Assembly: GCF_006345805.1 (NCBI RefSeq)
Contig: NC_043008.1
Span: 72,974,001 to 73,038,000, forward strand
Source of the DNA: Octopus sinensis
Lineage: Eukaryota
Length of the DNA stretch: 64,000 nt
Direction: 5' to 3'
Below are positions 14,141-25,753 of the stretch, piece after piece. The notes under the pieces were generated by a model. That model was not told the DNA's origin, made no database searches, and saw nothing but the letters and a program-made list of their open reading frames with translations. The first letter of the stretch is position 1, and each line of letters begins with the position of its first letter. Both the position numbers and the translations under genes were made by a program.

Positions 14141-15461
14141 TCATTTGCTATTTTATTAAGTTACAATCCCTTTTTACCAACGCCACCACCAAAGTTCCCT
14201 ACATTGACTTCCATCATGCAATTGTTTACTAAAGCCACTTTATTAGTTTTGACCAATTTTCAATGCTATGGCAAGAGGAAACTGCAATAACACACCGAGA
14301 CGGTTATTCAGGAATCAGCTATTCAGAGTGAATGGTTATTTGTGCTCTAAGCATGAGACAAGAGAAGTCGATGGTTGTATGTGCTATATAGACAGAACAG
14401 AAAGTGATCATATGGAAATTATATACACCTGCTAGTGGCAGGATTATTTAATTATATAATGAAATAATAAGAACATGTCGTTGTTGCTATCGTTGTCACT
14501 GCAGCTGCTGCTGTTACTATTTTATGCTGAATAATTCTAGCATGTTCTGATTAACTAGACTTAGAGGATTGCAATAATTAATTGCATGAGAATACACATA
14601 CACACACACACACACACAAACACACACAAGCACAGACATATATATGCATATATATAAATGTGTATATATAAGTATATATATGTGTGTGTCTGTGTATATG
14701 TGTGTGTATGTATGTATGTATGTATGTATGTATGTATGTATGAATGTATAAATGATTCCCAAGTTTAGGAGGTGGGAGGGGAAATTCAAAGGTGGTACTG
14801 CTTTGATCTGATTTTATAATATTGGATGAATGGGAGATAAATTACTCTCCAAGGTAGGATGCCAGTCTAAATAAAGCAGCTTTCCCTACAGCATGGAAAA
14901 CTGAGCCTATATAGGATAAAGTGTTTTAATATGAAGCACAAAATGACAGTTGAGGATTCAAACTGACACATTTGAGCAAATTATTCATTTATCTACTCAT
15001 TGTATACATTTGTCCTCTTCTGATCTGGTACCCTATATGTTTGTCCTTTCTTCTGATGAGGGTTCGAATATCAAAAGATTTTCAAATTTTATTGTTCTTC
15101 TTATGGAAGTTTGTAACCTTGTGTTTGGTTCATGCTCTTAAAGTTACTGTTTCAATTCCTGGATTGGGTATCAAGTTGTATCCTTGAGCAAAGCTCTTCA
15201 TTTCAAGTTGTTCCAGTCCACACTACTGTAATGAATACCAGCTGGTTGCTGGTGCAGCCCTCTGGTCCCCTAGTCATCACATCCTTGATGATCCATAGGC
15301 TCAAGGAGTGAAATGGTGAGAGGATATCTGTGTCTGGTGATGATTACATAGGCACTTAAAATAATCAGTGAAAGCATGGTATATGTTACCAAGCTCTCGT
15401 TACACATGAGTACATATTGTTCTTGTAACAATAATCTTCAAGATAGATATTCTTTTATTCT

Positions 15462-15900
15462 TTTATTTTTTTACTTGTTTCAGTCGGCCACAGGACTTAT
15501 TCTTTGTAAGCCCAGTACTTACTATATCAATGTCTTTTTGCTGAACCGCTAAGTTATAGGGGACATAAACACATCCACATTAGTTGTCAAGTGATGGTGG
15601 GGGGACAAACAAAGACACAAAAACACACACACATAAATATATACATATATATATATGATGGGCTTCTTTCAGTTTCTGTCTACCAAATCCACTCACAAGG
15701 TTTTGGTCGGCCCAAGGCTATAGTAGAAGACACTTGCCCAAGGTGCCACGCAGTGAGACTGAACCCGGAACCACATCACTAATTGGTTGGCCCAAGGCTA
15801 AAGTAAAAGACACTTGCCCAAAATGCTATGCAGTGGGACTGAGTCTGGAACCATGTGGTTGAGAATCATACTGCTTACCACACTGCCACACCTGTGCCTA
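15462..15900 (-). mobile_element. SINE family A with duplicated head segment
   Basis: Reverse complement of family A; the GGCCCAAGGCTA..GTA.AAGACACTTGCCCAA block occurs twice (~15708 and ~15789). Confidence 0.85.
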
Positions 15901-16293
15901 TATGTGTATATCTCTTTAAGAATCAAAGAGAAAGAATATAACTATGGACGACTGCATTGAAACCTCTAGTTTCTATATCCAGATTATAAATTTACATTTA
16001 TACCAATAATAATTTGAGCTTTTGGTTTTGTAAGTAAATGCCAAACTGTCAGTCTAGATATGCTTAGATTTTCAGATAAAGAAATCAACCAATTGATTCA
16101 CACATTATGAATATAATCTGTTGGCAGAACAGAAAAATTATGCAAGACTTTTCTCAGGTTTAAAATGTGACATCGTTTCCATTATCTACATTCCAAAGAT
16201 GGAGCTTTGTATCTTTGTTAGAAACCAGCTCCTTCTTCAAAGAAAGAATTTGAATAATTATAAACTGAAAAGAACATGCACAGGCCACACACA

Positions 16294-16339
<46 letters not shown>

Positions 16340-16345
<6 letters not shown>

Positions 16346-17130
16346 AAGCATATGTTCTCTATTAACCTACCTGCAATTCCACTACATCGCTTGTGTGTCC
16401 TTAGCTTACATTGTGGAGAGTGTATGGAGTTTTTACCTATTCCTTTTCTGCATATTAAGCAAGGCTATTTCCTTGAAGGTACCAGAGTCCTGGCTTCTTT
16501 TCTAGTTACAAAAAAAACCTTCATCTTTGTGAAGTTTATGTTAAACTGCTTGATCCTAGATTTAGTTTTCATAGCTCTAATTTCATCTCTATTTCCCTTA
16601 TAGATTCAGCTATAAGAATTAGATCATTAGCATATAGAATTTCTCCTGGAAAGCCAGCCTTAAACTCACCTGTGATGGCCTGCAGAACAATGAAGAATAG
16701 GAGAAAGCTGAAGACTGAGCCTTGTTGGACTGCAGCCCTCGCACTAAATTCATCACTGAAATTATTTTTGACTCTCACTTTACTTAATGTATCTTTGTAC
16801 TTGGCTTGTATTGCCCTCACAAGCCATTTCTTTTCTTATGAGTGTCTGTATAAATTTTATTAGAACATTTAAATACCAAGCAACAGAAAAGAAGTGAGAT
16901 AAAAAAGGAAAAGAAATGGAAAAAAAGTGGGTATGGGGTGGGGTGGGGGTAAAGCAGGGGAAGATGGAAGGGGACTAGTGACCAGTACAAACTGATAGCA
17001 GCTGGCCAGGCTACTGCATTTATTGGTTTTTCTCTCTTCCATGTTACATGCAACACTTGGGTTTTCAGCCAATTTTGTAAAGATGGAGCTGGAGAAGCTG
17101 ATGCTGCACATTGTGCCCCAGACTAGAGAT
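16340..17130 (-). pseudogene. Old RTE LINE RT fragment (diverged relative of copy 1)
   Basis: Minus-strand translation AVQQGSVFSFLLFFIVLQAITGEFKAGFPGEILYANDLILIAES, followed after frameshifts by PCLICRKGIGKNSI...THKRCSG (the same zinc finger). The 16960-17130 part is weakly similar to the upstream RT motif. Confidence 0.85.
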
Positions 17131-17439
17131 CTGCCTCTCTCTAATAGGAAGGGCATTATTCCATCAAGGCACTGATGATTGAAGCTGAGATGGGAAGTCA
17201 GTGACAGGATTCTAGAAGAAAGAAGGGAAGAGAAAAACGAAGAGGAGGTGGAAAGACAGCACCTTGACCAAATATTGTTGATTGTTGGTTAATGAATAAT
17301 ATCAAAACAAAGAATATCTCAGGACAAGGTGAAAGAAAATACTAAAAGTACCATTAATGTTCCAATTTAAGAATCAGTATTTGAAGAAAGCATTTTACAA
17401 CTGCTGTCTCACATGAGCACCTATATCAGTTATTTAGCA

Positions 17440-17900
17440 GTTTTAGATGGTATTTAGTGGTAACACTATAAAGCCTGATTAGCAACAGTTCAGTATGTGA
17501 CACTATTAGTTACAACACCATTGACCACAATTAGCAATAATTCAGTGGGTCATATACTTTGTTATAAGACCACAGACTGTTATTAGTAACAATTTCATGT
17601 GATATAATTGCAATATATAAAACAACAAAGCAACAATTCAGTGTATAAAAGAATTAGTTACAAGATTACAGACCATAATTAGCAACAACCCAGTATGTGA
17701 TATAGTTGATAACAACACCATAGACCACAATTAGCAACAATTCAGTGTGATGTAATTAGTTACAATACTGCGGAACATAATTAGCAACAACTCAGTGAGG
17801 GGAATATTAGGTTATAGCAACATACACAGGAATTAGCGATAATGCTGTGTGATATAATTAGTTACAACACCACACACCTTGATTAGAAAACAATTCTGTG
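17440..17900. repeat. Degenerate ~50-bp minisatellite, ~9 copies
   Basis: Recurring ATTAGCAACAATTCAGTGTGATATA.TTAGTTACAACACCA.AGACCACA. Confidence 0.8.
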
Positions 17901-19437
17901 TGTACAAACACATTTCATATTGATAAAATGTAAAAACAAAATACGTTGAGATATATCCTGGTAGAATAACATTAGGGTTATACTCCTAAATATAAGCTGA
18001 CAGGTTACTTTACAAGAAACAGAACCACTGATTTGAAAACTTATTGGTCTCACTTCAGGTTTATTTATAACCTATCACATGATTTATTTTACAACAACAA
18101 AGACATAGAAATAATTTATGAACATAGAATAAGTTTTGACATATCTACTGAGGAGACTGGTATAACAGATTCAAAGACAGAATATTCAGTTTCTCTCATA
18201 ATTTGAACACCTCAGTGAATGATATAAGCACAACTTAGCCACAATAATTACACCACAAATTCTAGATTAGTTGACATATATTTCAGAACTTCATTTCTTA
18301 TGGACAGCAATAACAACCAATTCCACCAAGAAAAAAAAGTGATCTTTGAGTGTTATAGTTATGGTGGTGGTGTCACATGTTATGAAGCTGTACTGCATGG
18401 TTTCACAAAGTTAAAGTGTTTTGGTAGTCACATCTACTTAAAACAGTTATCCATAGCTTCCAAATCTTACAATAACCAGGAACTACTCAACACTTACAGT
18501 CTGTTGACAGCCATTGCATGATTAGCAATGGACAACAGTGATTTTCTGTTTTCCTTTACTTTTGAGGTTTTTTTTTTTTTGTTATTTCTTCCCATTTCAG
18601 TAAAATTCCTTATTTTTTTCCTTTCTCTCTCTCGCTCACTCACTCTCCACACACACATACATATATATTTCATTTCCAAATTGCAGTTGAATGTGACAAG
18701 TTGCTGTTAGATTTAACAGGTGTTATGCCCTGAAAGGAAGCTTGCATATATAATGACTGCAAGCCCACCAGTTACATCCTGAAACACACACATGCACACA
18801 CACATGACCATCATATACTAACATGAAAGAGAAGGAAATAAAATCAAGTATAAGAAAGAGAACAGCAGGAAAATGTAATAAAAAGAGAAAGGAGCTTAAA
18901 GGAGTGAAGCTAAACTTTAAAAGGCATTTCATATTTAAAGAGACATCCTAGCTTATTTATATTTCAGTCAAAAGATCAAAAATACTTGAATCCCTTCAAA
19001 CAGGACAATATCCTTCCCACACTCCTCCACTGTTCTTCCATTTCCCTATTTCTTGACTTACTTCTTTCTGATGGAATCATGAAAAGAAAGAAGCAATCTA
19101 GCACTTTTGGCAGTTTGAGTTTGTTAATGTAATGCAGAAATCCTCATTTGAAGTGTTTAGAAAGGAGTATTCAGTAGAATGTCAAAGAAAATAACTTCAT
19201 AAAGTTTGCAGTGTCTTTCTGGTTTTTTTTTTTTTTTTTGGTTCACTTCCAACTATAGTCAACATTACATTCCACTTTTATAGAGTCAATAAAACAACCC
19301 CAGCCAACAACTGGGATTAGTTCAATTGAACCATTACTTCTTTCATAACATATTAACTTATGCTTTAGCTAGAAATCATCTTTATCATTGCTGTTGTGAG
19401 TAGTGGAAGCAGAAGAGGCAGACTCATCATCATATCC

Positions 19438-21266
19438 CAGGCCCAGATTAAGATCTATTGAGGCCCTAAGCCAGTGACTCTCAACTGCTTTTTGGCCATA
19501 CCCCACCGAATCATTTCTAAAATCCTGCAGCCCCCTTGTAATATTTAATTTTTGTCATTCAAAATTTAGTTCATGTTTACAATATCACTCTGAAACAAAA
19601 TAAATGAAAACAGTGCAATGCATGTAAAAAATGCGTAAGAAATGTATATGAAAAATGTTCGGAAAGTAACGGTGCTGGAGGAGGACTTCGGAAAATTCCC
19701 AAGATCCATGATTTTCCCTCATAACTTCTAGAAAATGTTTCTTTTTATAAAATTTTATATAAATACCTTTCAACCAGCATAGATTACGATTATAAAGAAA
19801 TTTGTGGGAAAATCTTTTCTGGGGGAGTGGGGATAGGACTTTGGAAAATTCACAATATCCGAGTTTTTCACCCATAACTTGGTGACAGTTTATCATGGAT
19901 AGCAAGTATAAATCCAAATTTTAAATATTTCTCTGGATATTGATGAACTTTTCTTTGCTTGCATTACTCATTTTATGTATTTTTGAATTAAACACGAAGA
20001 GATTTCAGTTCAAGCAAATTTTTTCAACAATTTCTTCAAAAAGATTTCAGTATACACTTTTGGAAAATATGCTCGAAAAGAAACAAAAATATTCTGTGAA
20101 TCTTCTCAGCTGCAAAAGCCTTTGTATCAATGATGGAAGTTTTTTCTTACTTTTTTGCTCAATTCACAAACTGACTGGTGGGAATAAAATGACCTGTTAA
20201 TTTTCATCTCTGTTCATATATATATATATGTGTGTTACCAGTACCTGTCTATTTATCTATCTATGTCTCTCTCTCTCTCTCTGTTTCTTTCTCTTCCTTC
20301 ACTGATGCTACTCCTTACTTACACTCTGTTTCAACTCATTCCACACCATTCAATTCCTTCATCCTTCATCCCCAGCGCCATTTATTGCCCCACTCTGCAG
20401 CACCACATTTTTCTTGTGTACCTAGATTTTTGTCACCAGAGATAAAAGAGTCAATATTTTAGACACACCCACACACATAAGTCTTTCTCCAGTTTATTTC
20501 TCCATAGGGAATTAAGATGGCATTACTTTCAGTACTGATCAGTTCTATACTACATACATGCATGCACACACGCACACACAAACACACACTTGTTTGTAAT
20601 TACCTACATGTTTTCACATACCATGAATAATCTTTAGTGACACCAGATCTTATGAATAAGATGAAAACGACCTGTTGTCCCTAAAGTGTCCAAAATTTGC
20701 TAAAATTGTTCCCAGAAGGGATGTGAAGAATTTTTTGTTTTAATAACTCATTCTCTATTGATATACTAAACATTGTGTACAAAAGGTATAAATTTAACAT
20801 AACCCTAAACATGCCTCACCAAAATATTACTCTGCCCCACCAGTGGGGATGTGCCCTGTATTGGGATTCATGGCCCTAAGCACTAAAAAATTTTGGTGCC
20901 CCCATAAAAGATTATGCAATTCAAAATATAAACAACAGCAAACTCTAAAATAAATTTTTATTTTTCGAAACAAAACAAAACAGTGAGAGGGAAAATAATG
21001 TTTATTTTTGTATACTTCCACTTTATTTATATTTGGAAAGTTCCTCTTACTTTTTTGAATCGCAAATTCTTTGATTAGATCCTCAAAATCTTAGGTAACA
21101 TGTCTGCAGCTATACTTAGTAGAGATAAAGGTATCCCAATATTATTTTAGCAAGCTTAAAGTGATTTGTTTTCTGCCAAAAACCATTTACCATTTCTGTG
21201 GTGCCCCCTCCTTCCCTTGGTGCCCTAAGCACATGCTTATTTTGCTTAATGGTTAATCCAGCAGTG
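19438..21266. mobile_element. Non-autonomous hAT-like element (outer)
   Basis: Imperfect TIRs CAGGCCCAGATTAA / CACTGCTGGATTAA; 8-bp flanks TCATATCC and TCATCTTC (6/8 match). Confidence 0.65.
19472..20873. mobile_element. Non-autonomous hAT-like element nested in the outer element
   Basis: Begins CAGTGACTCTCAAC with a degenerate right TIR; perfect 8-bp TSD CCCTAAGC at 19464-19471 and 20874-20881. Confidence 0.75.
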
Positions 21267-21844
21267 TCATCTTCATCATCTCCATCATCGTTATGACTAT
21301 CATTGTTATCAAGTCCATCATCATTATTAGTTGACCTTATTTTCCTGCTTATGACAGATTATGGATTTAAAATTTTGACACGAGACCAGCAATTTCTAGG
21401 AAGTGGGTAAATTGAATACATCGACCCCAGTACTCAACTGGTACTCATTTTATTGATCTGAAAGAATGAAAGGTAGAGTCAACTTCAACAGAATTTGAAC
21501 TCAGAATGTAAAGACAGATGAAATGCCACTAAGCATTTTGCCTGGTGTGCTAATGATTTTGCCAGTCTGGTACCCAAATCATGCAGTGATCATGTCATAG
21601 TATCAGTTAAATGGATAACCCTGATGCCTTGATCTGATAAAAGAAATCATTAGTGTTGCTGGACGAAGTTAAACTAAGCAATACCTTGTGGTAGTCACAG
21701 TCCTCTATGTTTTGTGTTCACACTGATGATGGTGGTGGTGGATCACTATCTCTCGTCAATTTTAAATCATTAAATACCAGTAATGAACTGGGTCAGTTTG
21801 ATTAACTGTACACCTCTCTCATAAACATTAACTTTGTGCATAAG

Positions 21845-22235
21845 TTAAGAAGTAATGTTATCTTTTCTTTTACTTGTTTTAGTCATTGGACTGCAGCCTT
21901 GCTGGAGCACTGCCTTGATGGTTTTTGCTGAACAAATCAATCCCAGTGCTTATTTAATTATATCTGAGGCCTATTCAATTTGTCTCTTTTTGCCAAACCA
22001 CTAAGTTAGAGGGAGTGAATAAACCAATACCAACTGACAAGCAGTGGTGGGGAAATAAACATAGATATATACATGTGTAGACACACACACACAAACACAT
22101 ATGAAGGGCCACTTTCTCAGTTTCCATCTACCCAACCTACACTCAAAACTTTGGTCAACATAGTTCTGTAGTGCCATGCAGTAGGACTGAATCCAGGACT
22201 ATGTGATTGGGAAGAAAATTTCTTATCACACAACC
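21845..22235 (-). mobile_element. SINE family A, diverged
   Basis: Reverse-complement similarity to 2456-2846. Confidence 0.75.
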
Positions 22236-22563
22236 ACACCGGAACTATACCTGTTATTGGTTATTTTTTCATTTGTTTGTCTAGCATCAATAAAATAGCT
22301 GATAGCCATTCCACCACCACCACAACACCTTTTCATAATGTATTGTATGGCTGAAATATCGTGTCATGACAAGACTACAAATTTGAGAGAAGGGTCTGTT
22401 GTTTAAATTGACCTGAATATTAATAGCAACAGGGTCTGAAAATTTAAATTTCTTGTAATCAGATCCCTTAATATGTCATAGTCATATCAAGTTCCCTTTT
22501 ACATGCTACAATACTCAAGGCTTTTTTGTTGGTGACTATGCAATTGCTTGTCTTGAAAGAAAT

Positions 22564-24693
22564 TGTTGTATCCTCCGTCACCAATTGTCATGGTACTGCC
22601 ATGATATTGTGACGGATGGTTTAGATACACTGTACTAGTGTAGTAACAGTAAACAACATGAGAATGCAGCTGTAATAACAGCATGACTATCCAACAATCT
22701 CTTCACGAACCAACAACTAATATTCCAAACGAACTAACCAACTGACACCTTCCAACATCACTGCAAACTCAACCCGAACTAACACACAAACTTCACTCTG
22801 ACTGCTACTATTTATAATCGCTTGACCCAGTCTATTTCTTGCAAGGGGGCGTCGTGACTCTCATCACAACATCTCCCCTTTTGAGATTTCGACTTCCGTA
22901 AGAAGTGAAATTACTTTTCTTTTTTTCTTTTTCCAACACCTTTCCGTCTCCTTTGTTTTCGTGAAATTTAATATCGTTTTTGCTTTGGCATTATTTCTGC
23001 GGATTTCATTTTTATATCATGTGCTGTCACTGACATTTCATGAAAAGCAATACATATAATGTTTTTAATTAATTTTTTTTCTTTGATTTAGCTGCTGAGT
23101 CCTTTTCACAGGTGGGGCAGCCATTTAATTTTTACAGTACCGGCTTATTGGGAGATCCCAGAATCAAATAACTCCAACCAGCCGGTACCAAACCGATTGG
23201 CTGTGTTCTTTACGATGAAACTTTCGCCTTTCAAGTTTTTCCTCAAAATGTGACGTCATTCCACATTTCGCCTACAAAGCGTAGTTTGTTATCCATCACA
23301 CCACCTACAGTTTTTCTCAACATAGATTTCCCTATTTTCGTTCACGTGTCGGTTCTGATGATTGAACTGTCCCTACCAGTATCCAGTTGTAATTTAATAT
23401 TTACTCCATTTACTCTTACGTGTACAAATTTCCTTATTTGGGAGTCGATTTTACTTTCTGCTGAGAGCATTTTACAACTTTTTGCATTTGACCTTCGTAC
23501 TTTTATTCTTCAGTATGAACTCCTGTTCCAAACTTTCGACAACTGTAACATTTTGAGTTTTTAAAAGGACGATCTTTCCTGAAATCTTGGCCTCCACATC
23601 CATAACATCGATTAAGACCTAGCAATCTTCTTTGTTTATACTTTCTCAGTCGATATATCTGCATTCTTGCGAAATCGTTTCCTTGAATTTTTCTTACGTC
23701 GTATTTCAGATTCACCATCCTTTGACACACTTCTGCAAGGTTAAATTTTGGTTCCCTTGTTCAAGTTTTGAAAGAATTTTTGTCCGTATTTCTGTATCTT
23801 CATTTTTTGTAATGACTTGTATAAAAATGAGACAATTAAACATCTCAGGAGTTAAGTTCTTTACGCTTAAAACTTTCACACATTCTGTTGACTGTTCCTG
23901 CATAATAATGTCATCATCTTTTTTAGTTAAATTCCAACACTCCATTCGAGTATTAAGTAGAAAAGTTTTATCACCTAGCAAGTTAGACAGTATGAATTTA
24001 CTGAATCATCCATGCTCAGACGGAGCTAATTTACATTATGCTAACCTTACCTTTTCTTTATCCGACCATGTTTTGCAATCTTCCTCAAAAATCTCCACAT
24101 ACATTCTGTAGTGCGTTGCAAAAATTATACCCTCCACCGGGTTATAACTGAATTCCGTTTTGGAGTTCGATACAAACTTACCCCATTCTCGGACTTCTTT
24201 GCCTATAGTGCCAATAATTGTTGTTGTAGTTGTTGCTGTACCAGTTGCTTTACAACTCCTCTTGCTGTTCTTGTTGCTTTTGCAACTGTATTATAGAAGC
24301 TAATAGGGCTTCCATCATTGAACAAGTTATATCATAAACAAATTGTTAAATAACCTACGTGAGCTTCGAAACCCTCGTCGCCAGATGGTGTATCCTCTGT
24401 CTCCAAGTGTCGTGGTATCACCATGATATTATGACATATGGTTTAGATACAATGTATCAGTGTAGTAAGAGTAAACAAGATAACGATGCAGCCGTAATAA
24501 CAACGTAACGATCCAACAATCTCTTCATGAACCAATAATCAATATTCCAAATGAACTAACCAACTGACACCTTCCAGCTTCACTCCGAATTCAACTCGAA
24601 CTAACGCACAAACTTCACACCGACCGCTACTATTTATAATCACTTGATTCAGTCTATTTCTTGCAAGGGGACATCGTGACTCTCATCACAACA
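22564..24693 (-). mobile_element. Gypsy-like LTR retroelement, internally deleted (gag plus protease only), both LTRs present
   Basis: 308-bp LTRs at 22564-22871 and 24386-24693 (TG...CA ends); 5-bp TSD GAAAT on both sides; PBS TGGCGACGAGG right after the 5' LTR; PPT AAAAGGGGAGA before the 3' LTR. Gag remnants include a zinc-knuckle-like region (RCYGCGG...KCYSCRKFG); protease LQLDTG at ~23375-23392. Confidence 0.95.
24373..24383 (-). other. Primer binding site complementary to the 3' end of tRNA-Ser(GCU)
   Basis: Minus strand TGGCGACGAGG, 2 nt downstream of the 5' LTR; eukaryotic tRNA-Ser(GCU) ends ...CCUCGUCGCCA. Confidence 0.8.
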
Positions 24694-25753
24694 GAAATAA
24701 TAGATAAATCTCCCTCAAATTGCACCCTGCTACCTGGTAAAAGGGATGGTCACAACTCAAACTGTTTTGATCATTGGTCTGCTCAATAAGCGTGGGCTTA
24801 ATATAAAACAATCCCATTCATTAACTAATAACAGCTTTGAATGACATTATTGGGCTGTACAACATGTGTTTCTGTGTTGCTACACTTTAGAGTTAGAGAT
24901 AATATGCCCACTATTCAGGGCCCATTAAAATCTGTTATTCTCATATGTAAGTAGCAAATAATAAATTTGCTAGTGTGTGCAAAGCCTTGCCAAGCTAGAA
25001 CTAACTCATCAAAGGTACATTCCAGCTTGACAAAGACATATTTAATAGTAAACTATATTTTACTAAAGATGATGATAATTATACTGAGAGCTACACTAGT
25101 TTTTATCCATCTTTCCTCAGCTATTGTGACTGGGTCCCTCAGTTTTTTACATGTCTTTTAAAATATGCTTTAATACTTTGCTTAAAATGTAATTATAGTT
25201 TGAGAGCTTAGTATCTTAGCACAACAGTTCTAACAATACTGTGTTGTTGCTGTGGTTTAAATGCATTTAATTGATTAATGAACAATACACTGTCATGGGT
25301 AAAAAATTTATCTAAAAGCCAAATTGTGTGAAGAAAATTTTCATTGCTAGAAATTAACAAACCTTTCAAACTTCAGAGATATGGGTGTATGTTGAAATAT
25401 TTAATTTTTTCTATAAAATGTAATCAGCAATGGAAACAGTGATATATAGATCAGAATATTGTTGGCACAAGACACTTCTTTAAGAGCTGCAACCTTATAA
25501 AGACAGACAGCTAAAGTGTTCATAGATCCCAGCAGAGCACTTAAAGACAACCAAAATAAATTACAGACCATGGGACTTCTTTGTCTGCCCCTAATGTCAG
25601 AAGAGTCTCTGGGGGTGGGGGAATAAAAAAAATATTCCTATTCTCTGCCTCAAAAATAGCCTGTGTGAGTGTGTGCATGCTTGTGTGTGTGCGCATGTAT
25701 GTATGTGGGTATGTATGTATGTACATAAATTTCTATATCCATATCGATATATA

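Noticed and set aside
12270-14232. Many His/Thr, Cys/Val, Tyr/Ile and poly-Ile ORFs here and at 3.5, 37.8-39.7, 44.7-45.3, 52.5 and 59.2 kb
   Set aside because: Translations of (CA)n, (TA)n, (AAT)n and (GAT)n microsatellites.
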